Source: Anaerolineales bacterium
Lineage (GTDB): Bacteria; Chloroflexota; Anaerolineae; Anaerolineales; RBG-16-64-43
NCBI GenBank assembly: GCA_049511715.1
Contig: JBEKXU010000010.1
Coordinates: 24,793-88,792 of the forward strand
Direction of reading: 5' to 3'
Length of the DNA stretch: 64,000 nucleotides
Shown piece by piece: positions 48,234 through 57,786 of this stretch. A model generated the notes under the pieces. It had not been told where the DNA came from and did not search any database. It saw nothing but the letters and a program-made list of their open reading frames with translations. A program made the translations under genes and the position numbers. Positions within the stretch are counted from its first letter, which is position 1; every line of letters begins with the position of its first letter.

Positions 48234-48798
48234 ACGGCCGGTCGAGGGACGACCCGGCAGAGCGGGGGCCGCTGAGGCGCCACCTTGCCGAGCGGCGGGT
48301 ACGCTCATCCTGGCGGTAGGCGACACGCTGCGCGCCGATGACGGCGCGGGGGCGGCCGTTCTGGAAGAGCTGAGGGAATCCCGACGCTTGCCAGCAGCGG
48401 TTCGCCTGCTGGACGCCGGGACCGCGGGCCTCGATATTGCCCTGACTCTTGGAGAGGTCGCTCGCGCAATCATTGTGGATGCCGCCGATCTGGGAATGCC
48501 GGCGGGGAATTGGACGCGCTTGGGCGGCGATGGGCTGGGGCTCGTCGGGCATCACGAAGGGAGTTCTACCCACTCGGCCGGCTTGGCCGATGCTCTGGCG
48601 CTGGGCGAGGCGTTGGGGCTGCTCCCTGAGGAGCTGGTGTTGTACGCGATCCAGCCGGAGACCCTTTCCTTCCAGGAGGGCCTGAGTGCGCCGGTCGCCC
48701 GAGCGGTTCCTCAAGTCACCTCGGCCATTCTCGAAGAGCTGGGCCGGGATTCCACGGGCAGTTCCGAAGAGGAAAAAGCATGGCAAAGATCCTCGTGA
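48226..48798 (+). CDS. Hydrogenase maturation endopeptidase (HycI/HoxW family)
   Basis: LILAVGDTLRADDGAGAAVLEEL...LLDAGTAGLD...IIVDAAD core. There is no in-frame ATG or GTG upstream of the core. The only plausible start is TTG 48226, overlapping the hydA end and giving a ~25-aa N-terminal extension. Confidence 0.75.
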   Translation: MSERPVEGRPGRAGAAEAPPCRAAGTLILAVGDTLRADDGAGAAVLEELRESRRLPAAVRLLDAGTAGLDIALTLGEVARAIIVDAADLGMPAGNWTRLGGDGLGLVGHHEGSSTHSAGLADALALGEALGLLPEELVLYAIQPETLSFQEGLSAPVARAVPQVTSAILEELGRDSTGSSEEEKAWQRSS

Positions 48799-49181
48799 TT
48801 GACGATGATCCAGACGTAGTTCTGGCCGTAAAGATGTGCCTGGAGAATTCCGGGCACAAAGTCTCCTCGGCCGGCAACAGCGAAACGGGCCTGCGGCAGC
48901 TCAAGGCAGACCGGCCCGACCTGATCATCCTGGATGTGATGATGGATACGGCCACCGAGGGCTTCCAATTGGCGCTCAGGCTGCGAAGACCACAAGCGGG
49001 ATCCGAGCTGGCCGCCTTCAAGAACATCCCGATCCTCATGCTCACGGCAATCCACTCCACCACGCCCTTGCGGTTCGGACCCGATCAAGACTACCTGCCG
49101 GTGGAGGAATTCATGGAGAAGCCTATCGACCCGAAAGTCCTGGTCGCGAAGGTCGAGACCCTCCTGAAGAAAGGCAAGTAG
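48780..49181 (+). CDS. Stand-alone response regulator receiver
   Basis: ILVIDDDPD, LIILDVMMD, ILMLTA, MEKPI: canonical receiver with no output domain. Overlaps the protease gene by 19 nt. Confidence 0.88.
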   Translation: MAKILVIDDDPDVVLAVKMCLENSGHKVSSAGNSETGLRQLKADRPDLIILDVMMDTATEGFQLALRLRRPQAGSELAAFKNIPILMLTAIHSTTPLRFGPDQDYLPVEEFMEKPIDPKVLVAKVETLLKKGK

Positions 49182-49264
49182 GTTTCGCCGACTTGGGGGC
49201 ACCGTCAGGCGCCGCTGACCTGGCACCACAGGTGAATGCCGTGGAGGCACTCCTTCCCCGCGAT

Positions 49265-51049
49265 ATGGCGGCTACCAGCCAGCGGATGATCCGGTTACGC
49301 TGGGCGGCTGGCGCGGCGGTGCTTTTGGCCACGGCCGTTGCCGTACGACTCCTCCATCTTCCGCTCCCCGAAAAGCCCCTCTATCTGCTCGGCGTTCTGA
49401 TCCTCGCCTACAACCTCGTCCTGCTCGCGTTGACGGGGAGGCAGGTCTCTGCCCGGCCGGAACTGCTGCTTCGCCGTGCCCGCCGAATCGTCGCCATCCA
49501 GGTGGTGCTCGATTGGATGAGCATAGTCGTCTTTCTCCATTTCACCGGCGGGATTACAAGTCCCGGCATCCCCTTCTTCCTTATTCACATGCTGGTGGTC
49601 ACGATCCTCCTGCCCGAGGTCCCTTGGTACCTCTCCGTGTCTATCGCCACAGCCATGCTGGCAGGCGTTGCGCTGCTTGAGGCCGGAGGAATGCTGGCCA
49701 ATCATCCCGCCCTCGCGATAATACCGGCCAGCCTCCACCGCGACCCCTTCTTCATCCTGGCGCAGGTTCTCTTTTTTGCGACGGCGGCCACGGCCTTGGT
49801 GCTCCTCACCGCTTCCATCATGACCCGCCTGCGCGAGCGCGAGCGACAGGTCACGGCGCTCCTGCAATCCAGCCAAGCGGTGTCGTCCACCTTGAGCCTG
49901 GAGGAAGTTCTCTTGCGCCTGGCCAAAGGCGCCGCCGAGGCCGTTTTCACCGATCGAGCCTCGATCCGCTTGCTAGACGAAACGGGGGAGACGTTGGCGC
50001 TGGCGGCGGCCTTCGGGCTGCGCCCGGAGTACCTCGGGAAGGGTCCGGTGGAGCTCGCCCACAGCGGGCTGGACCGTGAAGTGCTAAGCGGCGGCCCGGT
50101 GATTGTGGATCAGGCGGCAAGCGATGAACGCATTCAATACCCGCGTGAGGTTGGGGAGGAGGGAATAGGCAGCATCCTGGCGGTCCCGGTCGTGGGCCGC
50201 AAAGGCCCTCTGGGCGTGCTGCGCGTTTACTCGACGGAAGCCAAGGGTTTTGCCCAGGACGACGCGGAACTGGTCAGGGCCATCGCCGGCGAGGGAGCGG
50301 TGGCGATCGAGAATGCCATGGCCCACCAGGCACTGCAGAAGGCCGACGAGGATCGAGCGCAATTTGTCCGCACGGTGACCCATGAACTGCGCTCCCCGGT
50401 GGCCGGGGCTCAGAGTCTGGCGCGGGTTCTGCTGGAGGCGACCGGCGAGGAACTCAGCGAAAAGCAGCGGGATGTAATCGAGAGAATCTCGGCCCGGCTG
50501 GACCGCCTCATGGATTTGATCAACGACCTCCTAACCTTGGCCGCCGCCAAAGCCCCCGGCTTTCAGCAACCTCCTCAGCCGGTCGCCCTGCTGGAGATGG
50601 TCCAGTGGGCGGTCGACCAGCAGGCGGCAGCGGCGAGGGAAAAGAACGTGGCCTTGCAACCCGAACTCCCCACGGCGCAGATCTTGGTGCGTGCGACCCG
50701 CGAGGGGCTGGGCCAGATTTTTGGCAACCTGATGGACAATGCCGTCAAGTACACTCCCGCTGGAGGCCGGGTGGCGGTCACGGCCAAGACCGAAGGGAAC
50801 GCGGCGGTCATCCAGGTTGCAGACACAGGGATGGGCATCCCCGAGGCAGATCTGCCGCATTTGTGGGAGGAGTTTTTCCGAGCCTCCAATGCCCGCCAGG
50901 CTGGAATCCGCGGAACGGGGCTGGGCCTGAGCATCGTGAAGCGCCTGGTTGAGACCTATGGCGGACGGATTGCCGTTCAGAATGGAGAGGCACGCGGGGC
51001 CGTCTTCACCGTAACCTTGCCCGTGCTCCCGGATTCCCTCCACTCTTAA
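49265..51049 (+). CDS. Sensor histidine kinase (multi-TM N-terminus, GAF, HisKA, HATPase_c)
   Basis: Five or so TM helices, GAF (SLEEVLLRLAKGAAE...LGVLRVYS), H-box FVRTVTHELRSPV, N-box NLMDNAVKYT, G-boxes DTGMGI and GTGLGLSIV. Start ATG 49265 or GTG 49232; the listed ORF start at 48836 overlaps the RR. Confidence 0.88.
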   Translation: MAATSQRMIRLRWAAGAAVLLATAVAVRLLHLPLPEKPLYLLGVLILAYNLVLLALTGRQVSARPELLLRRARRIVAIQVVLDWMSIVVFLHFTGGITSPGIPFFLIHMLVVTILLPEVPWYLSVSIATAMLAGVALLEAGGMLANHPALAIIPASLHRDPFFILAQVLFFATAATALVLLTASIMTRLRERERQVTALLQSSQAVSSTLSLEEVLLRLAKGAAEAVFTDRASIRLLDETGETLALAAAFGLRPEYLGKGPVELAHSGLDREVLSGGPVIVDQAASDERIQYPREVGEEGIGSILAVPVVGRKGPLGVLRVYSTEAKGFAQDDAELVRAIAGEGAVAIENAMAHQALQKADEDRAQFVRTVTHELRSPVAGAQSLARVLLEATGEELSEKQRDVIERISARLDRLMDLINDLLTLAAAKAPGFQQPPQPVALLEMVQWAVDQQAAAAREKNVALQPELPTAQILVRATREGLGQIFGNLMDNAVKYTPAGGRVAVTAKTEGNAAVIQVADTGMGIPEADLPHLWEEFFRASNARQAGIRGTGLGLSIVKRLVETYGGRIAVQNGEARGAVFTVTLPVLPDSLHS

Positions 51050-51415
51050 CCGGATCCTGCCAAGAGGATGGCTCACCGTGACCCCCCCGGTCAGGTCCCC
51101 TGCTGGCTTGGTCATCTCCTTGTAAAGACGCACGGCCCATGCGCAGGCTGGTATTGAGGCCAGCACTCGGTCTGGGTGAAGGGATCCGGGGAGCGCCCGG
51201 CCCCGACCGGGAAGGATCCTGAGGGACCCGATCCCGCCGGGCGCCGCCCTTTGGTATTCAGCGAGGCGGAACATGCTCGGCCCGCGCCGGGCGCACCCGT
51301 CCCGGGCGCGGGTTCGGGGGCCCTCGCTCAGCGGCTGGAGGGGCGGAAACGTCCTGGCGGCCGTCCGGAACCCGGGATCGCCGAATCGTTTCTGGTTCGA
51401 GGAGGAGCACCGGCT

Positions 51416-52189
51416 ATGAACGGGCCAGCGAACGCTCACCGCCTGGAAGGCCAAATTGCCGTGGTGACTGGAGCCGCTTCCGGCATCGGGCGGGCCACGG
51501 CGGAACTCTTCGCTCGCGAGGAGGGCGAGGTCTGGATCCTGGATCAGAACGAGGAGCAAGGAAATCTTGTGGTCGACGAGATCCAGCGGCATGGGGGGCT
51601 TGGACATTTTCTGCGCCTGGACGTGGCGGACCCGGAGCAGGTGCAGCAGGCGGCAAACACCCTCAAGAGCCGGTCCGGGCGGGTGGACACACTCTGCAAT
51701 TGCGCGGGGGTGGGGACCAGGTCGCTGGCGGTCACCGAGCTGCCGATCGATGCCTGGGACCAAATCCTCAGCGTGAACCTTCGAGGAACTTTTCTGGTCT
51801 GCAAGGTTATCCTACCGCTCATGCCGGAGGCGGGCGGTTCGATCGTCAATGTGGCCATCATGGGCGGGCTCATCGCCTGGACCCGCAACGCTCCCGCCTA
51901 TTGCGCCTCCAAAGGCGGAGTGATCGCCCTGACTCGCGCCATGGCCGTCGATCATGCGGCGCAGGGAATCCGCGTCAACTGCATCTGCCCCGGCGTTATC
52001 GAAACTCCTCTGACGGAACGCAGGCTCTCGGAACCCGACTACCGCGCCCGCATGATCCGCCGGACGCCGTTGGGCAGGATCGGCCAACCACTGGAAGTGG
52101 CCTACGCCGCCTTGTTCCTCGCCTCGCACGAATCCTCGTTCGTCACCGGCCAGGCTCTGGTTGTGGACGGGGGCTGGACCGCCCAATAG
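51416..52189 (+). CDS. Short-chain dehydrogenase/reductase (SDR)
   Basis: TGAASGIGRA cofactor motif, NCAG, catalytic YCASKGG. ATG at 51416 after the GGAGGAG SD. Confidence 0.9.
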   Translation: MNGPANAHRLEGQIAVVTGAASGIGRATAELFAREEGEVWILDQNEEQGNLVVDEIQRHGGLGHFLRLDVADPEQVQQAANTLKSRSGRVDTLCNCAGVGTRSLAVTELPIDAWDQILSVNLRGTFLVCKVILPLMPEAGGSIVNVAIMGGLIAWTRNAPAYCASKGGVIALTRAMAVDHAAQGIRVNCICPGVIETPLTERRLSEPDYRARMIRRTPLGRIGQPLEVAYAALFLASHESSFVTGQALVVDGGWTAQ

Positions 52190-52197
52190 GAGGGGCC

Positions 52198-52899
52198 TTG
52201 AAAGGGACGATCGCACTGGTAGGCGCGGGGGAATTCCTTCCGAGCATGGAGGCTGTGGATCGAGGGCTCCTGCTGGCCTCGGGCGGCAATCGAGTGGTCG
52301 TCCTCCCGACGGCTTCAGCTCTGGACGGCCCCGGGGTCCCCGAACGGTGGGGGAGGATGGGTGTCGAGCACTTTCAGCAGCTCGGCGCCCAGGCCGAGGC
52401 TATCCTGGCTCTCGATCGGGCCGCTTGTGAGGGGACGCAGTTCTCGGACCGTGTCCGAATGGCCAGCTTGGCCTATTTTTCCGGGGGGAAGCCGGATTAC
52501 CTGTATCAGACCCTGGTCGGATCCAAAGTGTGGCAGGCCGTGACTGAGATTCTCGGACGAGGCGGGGTCCTGGCCGGATGCAGTGCCGGGGCAATGATCC
52601 TCGGCTCCCACTTGCCCTCGCTCACCGTGGGACGGGGGAGCCCGGTCATCCGCGGCTGGCGTCCTGCCTTTGGACTGCTCCCCCGCTGCGTGGTCATCCC
52701 GCACTTCAATCAAGCTCCCGAGTGGCTGATGCGCCTGTTTCTCCCGCTCCGCCCGGAAGGTACCACGGTCCTTGGAATTGACGCCGACACAGCGCTGATT
52801 GGGCACGAGGACACCTGGACGGTGCGCGGCTCAGGACGGGTGTCGCATTTCGCGGAAACCATTAGGCGGTACCGGGATGGAGACACCGTCCCCTTGTAG
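52198..52899 (+). CDS. Peptidase S51 / type-1 glutamine-amidotransferase-like (cyanophycinase/peptidase E family)
   Basis: TTG start 52198 after the AGGAGGGG SD. IALVGAGEF..., VVVLPTAS, FSGGKPDYL, nucleophile elbow GCSAGAMILG. Confidence 0.7.
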   Translation: MKGTIALVGAGEFLPSMEAVDRGLLLASGGNRVVVLPTASALDGPGVPERWGRMGVEHFQQLGAQAEAILALDRAACEGTQFSDRVRMASLAYFSGGKPDYLYQTLVGSKVWQAVTEILGRGGVLAGCSAGAMILGSHLPSLTVGRGSPVIRGWRPAFGLLPRCVVIPHFNQAPEWLMRLFLPLRPEGTTVLGIDADTALIGHEDTWTVRGSGRVSHFAETIRRYRDGDTVPL

Positions 52900-53444
52900 C
52901 TTCCACAGGTCCGGGGCGCTCGTGGCCGAGGATTGCCGCTCCGGGGGCTGCGACCCGGTGTCCGCCACGGATTCGAGTTCCCGCCTGGCCATCGCGGGCA
53001 TTCCTTCGGTGGGATGGCGCTCGTTGCAGGTTGGGGCGGCTCCCTTCACGGCGTTGAGGTGATTTCTTCCAGGGCGCGCCCAAGGGAGCCGACAGTGTTC
53101 GGATCCCTTGGATCGAGGCCTACAAGGCCTCTTTAGCGTGCGACCGAGAGGCCCCCAGAGTCCCGCCCAAGCGGCGCGCGGTCAACTGATAGCGCAGTTA
53201 TGCCAGGGGTTGCCGACGGGGTTGGGACTTGGAAGATTCATCTGGCCGGGAGCCGAAGGGGGCGGGTGGGGGGTGGAAGATCTGGCCGCCAAGGCGCGAC
53301 AACTTGGGTTTCGGTCCAGGTGCCGGACCCTCCGCCGGCCGGGGCCGACCATGAATCCGGAGCCCCGTCGCCCCGCCCGCCGGGAACTCGCTGGATCGGG
53401 TTCGCGGAGACTGCACGGGCAGGTCGCGCGGAAACGCGGATTTC

Positions 53445-53852
53445 CTACTGTGACGCGGGGATCCCCGGTTCGTGCGCCGGGGCGCTGGCCTCGTTCATCT
53501 GCACATGACCTTTCAGGTACCCGCCTTCTTCCGTGCTCAGGCTGCCGGTCGTCACATCGCCCCAGACCTTGCCCGTCTTTTGGATGTGGACTTTCTGAGC
53601 GATCAGGTTGGCCTGCACTGTGCCGGCCACACTGACGCTGTCCGCGCGGATTTCCTCCGAGATTAACTTGGCCTGCTCGCCGACAACCAGGGTTCCCTCA
53701 AGTTCCATCTTCCCCTCGAAGGTTCCCTCGAGGCGCACCCCGCCGCTTCCGCTCAGGGTGCCCTGAATGGAGATCCCGGCGCCAATTACTGTCTCCAGGC
53801 GGCTGGCCGGACGGATGGATTCGGGCAGCTTGGGTCCCTCTTTGTGAAACAT
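53445..53852 (-). CDS. Bactofilin (polymer-forming cytoskeletal protein)
   Basis: Repetitive beta-helix pattern IGAGISIQGTLSGSGGVRLEGTFEGKMELEGTLVVGEQAKL...VAGTVQANL...KVWGDV. ATG 53852 after the GGGAGG SD. Confidence 0.85.
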   Translation of the reverse strand: MFHKEGPKLPESIRPASRLETVIGAGISIQGTLSGSGGVRLEGTFEGKMELEGTLVVGEQAKLISEEIRADSVSVAGTVQANLIAQKVHIQKTGKVWGDVTTGSLSTEEGGYLKGHVQMNEASAPAHEPGIPASQ

Positions 53853-54016
53853 CGTGCCTCCCGCGGGGATCGAACTTGAGCTCCCCAATGATCCCTCTAA
53901 AGGACTGGGACTGCCGCTTCCCCCTTGAAATGTGCCTCGCCTGAGGTTGCGGAGGCAGCCATGGTGTCCATTCTACTCCTGCCCCTGGGCCCCCGCGTCA
54001 GCCGGCGGGATCCATT

Positions 54017-55153
54017 TTAGCGAGACACCGCGTACAAATAGACTTTCGAATCGTCACACCCGACGGCCACGTACCGGTCGTCGGGCGAGACCGCCAGGGT
54101 CTCGATCGGAGCGGGGGCGACGGGGACAGGAAGCGGGGCGAAGCTCGCGCTTTCCCAGGCCGCCAGTGTCCCGTCCTGGGAACCGGCCAGAAGAATCGAG
54201 CCGTCGGCCGCGAAAGTCACGGCTTGCGCCCCACTCTGGAAGTTGCCGAACTGCCCCACCAAGGTTCCGAGCTCCAGGTCCCATATCCAGACTTGGCCGC
54301 GCTGGCAGACGTCCTGCGCGGATTGGACGCATAAAGCGGCTGCGAGGCGTTTCCCATCGGGAGAGAGCGCCAGGTCAGCGACCTGGCCAGGATGGTTGAG
54401 CATCTGGAGCAAGACGCCGCTGGATGCCCGCCAGACCCGAACGCTGCCGGAAGCGCCGCCTGCCACCAGGACCCGGCCGTCGAGCGAGTAGGCGAGAGCG
54501 GCGATGTTCGAAGATGCCTGGAGCTTGCGGATCGGCTTCCAGGCCTCAACCGCCCAGGTCCACACCGCGGCCGACGGGAACCGGTCGACTCCGCCCACGG
54601 CCAGAATCTTTCCGTCGGGAGAGAAGGCCACGCTGGTTACCGGGTTCGGGAAGTTCAGCGAATCGGTCATGACGCCCTGAGCCACATCCCAGACGGCGGC
54701 CGTCCCGTCGGAGGAGGCTGAGGCCAGAAGCTTGCCGTCGGGAGAAAAGGCAACCTTCCAGACAATGTTGCGGTGACCCTGCAGCGTCCGCTCGAGTGCC
54801 CCGGTGCGCACGTCCCATAGCCGGATGTTGAAGTCGCGGCCGCTGCCCCCTGCTGCGGCGAGCACCTCGCCGCTCGGCGAAAAGGCGACGCTCCGGACGA
54901 TGTCGCCCTGCGCCAGAGAGCGCACCAACCTCAACTGGCCAAGGTTACCGGGGCCCAGCGGAAGCGCCGTCGGGGTGGGTGAAGGCTCCAGCAAAGTGGG
55001 AGTCGGCGGCACCGGGGTGGGAGCAGGCAACGAGGTCGCGGGCGCCATCTGCGGAGAAACGAGATGAGTGGGCGAGGGGGTCGGCGGCGTTGTGGGAAGG
55101 TGGGAACAGGAAACCGCAAGAACCAGGATGGCCAAAGAACCAACCCGGGTCAT
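54017..55153 (-). CDS. WD40/beta-propeller repeat lipoprotein
   Basis: Signal peptide with lipobox-like LAVSC, Pro/Thr linker, then ~7 repeats of the pattern VxSVAFSPDGxxLA..G.DGxxxxWD. Confidence 0.8.
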   Translation of the reverse strand: MTRVGSLAILVLAVSCSHLPTTPPTPSPTHLVSPQMAPATSLPAPTPVPPTPTLLEPSPTPTALPLGPGNLGQLRLVRSLAQGDIVRSVAFSPSGEVLAAAGGSGRDFNIRLWDVRTGALERTLQGHRNIVWKVAFSPDGKLLASASSDGTAAVWDVAQGVMTDSLNFPNPVTSVAFSPDGKILAVGGVDRFPSAAVWTWAVEAWKPIRKLQASSNIAALAYSLDGRVLVAGGASGSVRVWRASSGVLLQMLNHPGQVADLALSPDGKRLAAALCVQSAQDVCQRGQVWIWDLELGTLVGQFGNFQSGAQAVTFAADGSILLAGSQDGTLAAWESASFAPLPVPVAPAPIETLAVSPDDRYVAVGCDDSKVYLYAVSR

Positions 55154-55181
55154 CCTCACTCCCTTCTTGCGAACTCTCGGA

Positions 55182-56366
55182 TCAGGAGGCCGAGAGGCGT
55201 CTCCGGATTCTTGCGGCCCCGCGTTCAAAATCCTCCTCCCGGGCCAGCAGGCTGAGAACCAGGTACTCCCCGCTGGGGAAGTCGTAGAAAAAGCCCGGGT
55301 GAACCAGCACATCGTCCTGGAGGAGCAGCTCGCGAGCAAGCTCCTCGTCGCTGGCGGGTCGGTCGATTTTCAGCACCGCATACCATCCCCCCTCCCGAGG
55401 CATCAGCTCGACTCCCGGAGTGGACTCCACCTCCGTCCTGAGCCGGGCCTCGTTGCCTGCCAGACGCGCACGGATTTGGTCCTGGATCTCATTGCGGCCG
55501 CGGAGCAGGGTGGGAAGGGCTATCTGGGCTGGAGTGGAGGCCGAGAGGAAGCTGTCGCTGATGAATTCAAGCCGTTCCTGAGCTTCCGAGCGATCGGGCT
55601 CCGGCCCACTGATCACAATCCAGCTCAACTTGATCTGAGGAAGACCGGCGACCTTGGACAAGCCGCTCAGGACGAAGGTGAGTGCTTCTTCGTTTCCGGC
55701 CGCTGAGAGCGAGACCGACGTGCTTTGCCCGCCCGCCGGATAATCGAGGAACACCTCATCCACAATCAGTGCAGATCCCCGTTCGCGGGCCAGGTTCGAA
55801 AGGGCCTGCTTTTCCAACGGCTTAAGGTACGACCCGGTTGGATTGTTGGGGCTCACCGCGACGATCGCTCGACAGCCCGCTTCGGCCCGGCGAGCCACCT
55901 GCTCCAGGTCCAGCTCCCATCCGGCCGCTCGTTTGCGTCGGAGTCGATAAGGAACCGGCCGAAGGGCCTCCACCTGCGCCAGGACCTCAATCAGGGGATA
56001 GCTTGGGCGAGGTACCAGCAGCCGGTCGTCGGGGTCGGCGAGCAGTTTGAAAAGCAGGGAGTAGGCCTCGCTCGTGCTGGCCGTTGGGAACACGGATTCC
56101 GCGCTGATCGTAACCCCCTGCTCCCGGTAGTACTCGGCAATCGCCGCCCGGGCCAGAGGAAGGCCGCGCGGGCCGGGATCGTAGTCCAGCACTTGTGGTT
56201 GTGACAGGGCGCTTAGGATTTCCTCGCGGGGGTACGAGAATCCGGCGCGAGTGGGATTGGAGAGGGTCAAATCAATCAGGGACACCCCTGAGCGGAGCTT
56301 GGACTCGATTACCTGGGTAATCCCATTCGGTGTCAGGTCTCGAGGGATGCGTGAGGAGAATTTCAT
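55182..56366 (-). CDS. Class I/II PLP-dependent aminotransferase
   Basis: Length and motifs (YDPGPRGLPLAR..., SPNNPTG, LIVDEVF, LSGLSKVAGLP with the PLP Lys) fit the AlaT/AspC-like family. Confidence 0.85.
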   Translation of the reverse strand: MKFSSRIPRDLTPNGITQVIESKLRSGVSLIDLTLSNPTRAGFSYPREEILSALSQPQVLDYDPGPRGLPLARAAIAEYYREQGVTISAESVFPTASTSEAYSLLFKLLADPDDRLLVPRPSYPLIEVLAQVEALRPVPYRLRRKRAAGWELDLEQVARRAEAGCRAIVAVSPNNPTGSYLKPLEKQALSNLARERGSALIVDEVFLDYPAGGQSTSVSLSAAGNEEALTFVLSGLSKVAGLPQIKLSWIVISGPEPDRSEAQERLEFISDSFLSASTPAQIALPTLLRGRNEIQDQIRARLAGNEARLRTEVESTPGVELMPREGGWYAVLKIDRPASDEELARELLLQDDVLVHPGFFYDFPSGEYLVLSLLAREEDFERGAARIRRRLSAS

Positions 56367-56914
56367 TCGCCCTCCAAGCCAACCTGGCGAAGCACCTGCG
56401 CCGCAACGAGGGCCGGCGCCGCTCCGGCGTCGACCACGACGGCTCCCTGGGGTTCTTCCAGATCGGCGAATTGGCTCTCGAGGAGGGTCAAGGGCATGAA
56501 ATGGTCCTGGCGCCGGGCCAGACGTTCGCGGAGCTGATCATCGCCCACGCGCAGAAGGACAAACCGGACGCTGTGCAAGCCCTGCATCAGTTTCTTGCGG
56601 TACGCTTCTTTCAGGGCGGAACAGGCGAGAACGGCGCTTTCGTCCCGAGTCTCCACCTGGCAGAGGAGGACATGCAGGCGTTCCAACCAAGGCTCGCGGT
56701 CCGCGTCGTTCAAAGGCCTCCCGGCGCTCATTTTGCGGAGGTTGCTGAGCGGATGGAAATCGTCGGCGTCATAGAAGGGGCAAGCCAGCTTCCCGGCCAG
56801 GAGCTTGCCCACCGTGGTCTTCCCAGCTCCGCTCACCCCCATGAGAACCAGGATGAGAGGTTCCGGGCGGCTCGAGCGTCCACGCCTCCGGTGCGTTCGG
56901 GCGGGGATCGTCAT
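56363..56914 (-). CDS. gntK: Gluconokinase
   Basis: LVLMGVSGAGKTTVG...FYDADDFHP..N..KM..G.PLND.DR.PWL...CSALK..YR colinear with E. coli GntK as I remember it. The start was chosen at the internal ATG 56914; the ORF extends to 57166. Confidence 0.85.
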   Translation of the reverse strand: MTIPARTHRRRGRSSRPEPLILVLMGVSGAGKTTVGKLLAGKLACPFYDADDFHPLSNLRKMSAGRPLNDADREPWLERLHVLLCQVETRDESAVLACSALKEAYRKKLMQGLHSVRFVLLRVGDDQLRERLARRQDHFMPLTLLESQFADLEEPQGAVVVDAGAAPALVAAQVLRQVGLEGE

Positions 56915-57232
56915 TCCGGGCCAGGGGGTCGGCCAGGAGAGGCGCGAGAGGGATCGCGGCGGGTCCAGCTTGGCTCGCTGAGAAAGCATCCCACCCACCG
57001 CCTCGGCCGGTCCTGCCGGGCGGCCGTCACTATGCTTGCATCCTGACAGTCCCCAATGGATACCCGGGGTCCCCCCGATCCGGACTGGCTCGGCGCGCGC
57101 ATCGAAATCCCGCGCAATGGTCCTGCCGATCGGTTCCGCGGTCCTGGAGGCGGCCGATCCGGACAAGGCTCTCGCGGATCCCAGGGCTCGTGGAGATAGT
57201 TGATCCTTTCTCAGAAGGGAAATCGTTCCCGC

Positions 57233-57709
57233 TCAGCGGATCTTGGCCGCCGCTTTGGCGCGAAGGGCCTTCTCGAGGGCTGGGAAATCTTTCCAGTCCT
57301 TCCCCAGGTTGATCCAGCTCTCCCTGGCGCGGCGCTTGATGCGCAAAGCGCCGTCGGCCAAGCTGATCTGCTCAACTTCCGAGAAGGGGATTTCGAGAAC
57401 CCGAGTCCAGGGTCGTCCCAGCCGATGGATGATCGATCGAGAAGTGACCAGGAGACGCGAATCGATGTCGCTGATGAACGTTACCAGCGCCACGAGAAGG
57501 GATAGCACCGCAAAGGCGCTCAAGGCAATTCGGATCGTGCCCGCAGCCGTCCGACTGACGGTAGGGTCCGAACCGAGGGCCCACAGCACGAGCACCCACA
57601 CGACAGGGACCAGGACCAGCGTCAAGCCTCTTCGCACGATCCTGGCGGTGCGGTACCCGCTGCTCGCCAGGACCTTGCCTTCCTGGTGGTCTTTGCCTCT
57701 TTCGCTCAT
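57233..57709 (-). CDS. Hypothetical membrane protein with PH-like (bPH/DUF304-type) topology
   Basis: Two TM helices (LTLVLVPVVWVLVLWAL; ALSAFAVLSLLVALVTFI) followed by a short soluble domain. Family assignment is tentative. Confidence 0.5.
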   Translation of the reverse strand: MSERGKDHQEGKVLASSGYRTARIVRRGLTLVLVPVVWVLVLWALGSDPTVSRTAAGTIRIALSAFAVLSLLVALVTFISDIDSRLLVTSRSIIHRLGRPWTRVLEIPFSEVEQISLADGALRIKRRARESWINLGKDWKDFPALEKALRAKAAAKIR

Positions 57710-57786
57710 CTCATGGTCCGCCGAATGGGTGGTGGGTCCGGCACGCGGTTTGCCGCTTCTCGGGCCCGGTGTCCAGGCCCAGGAGG

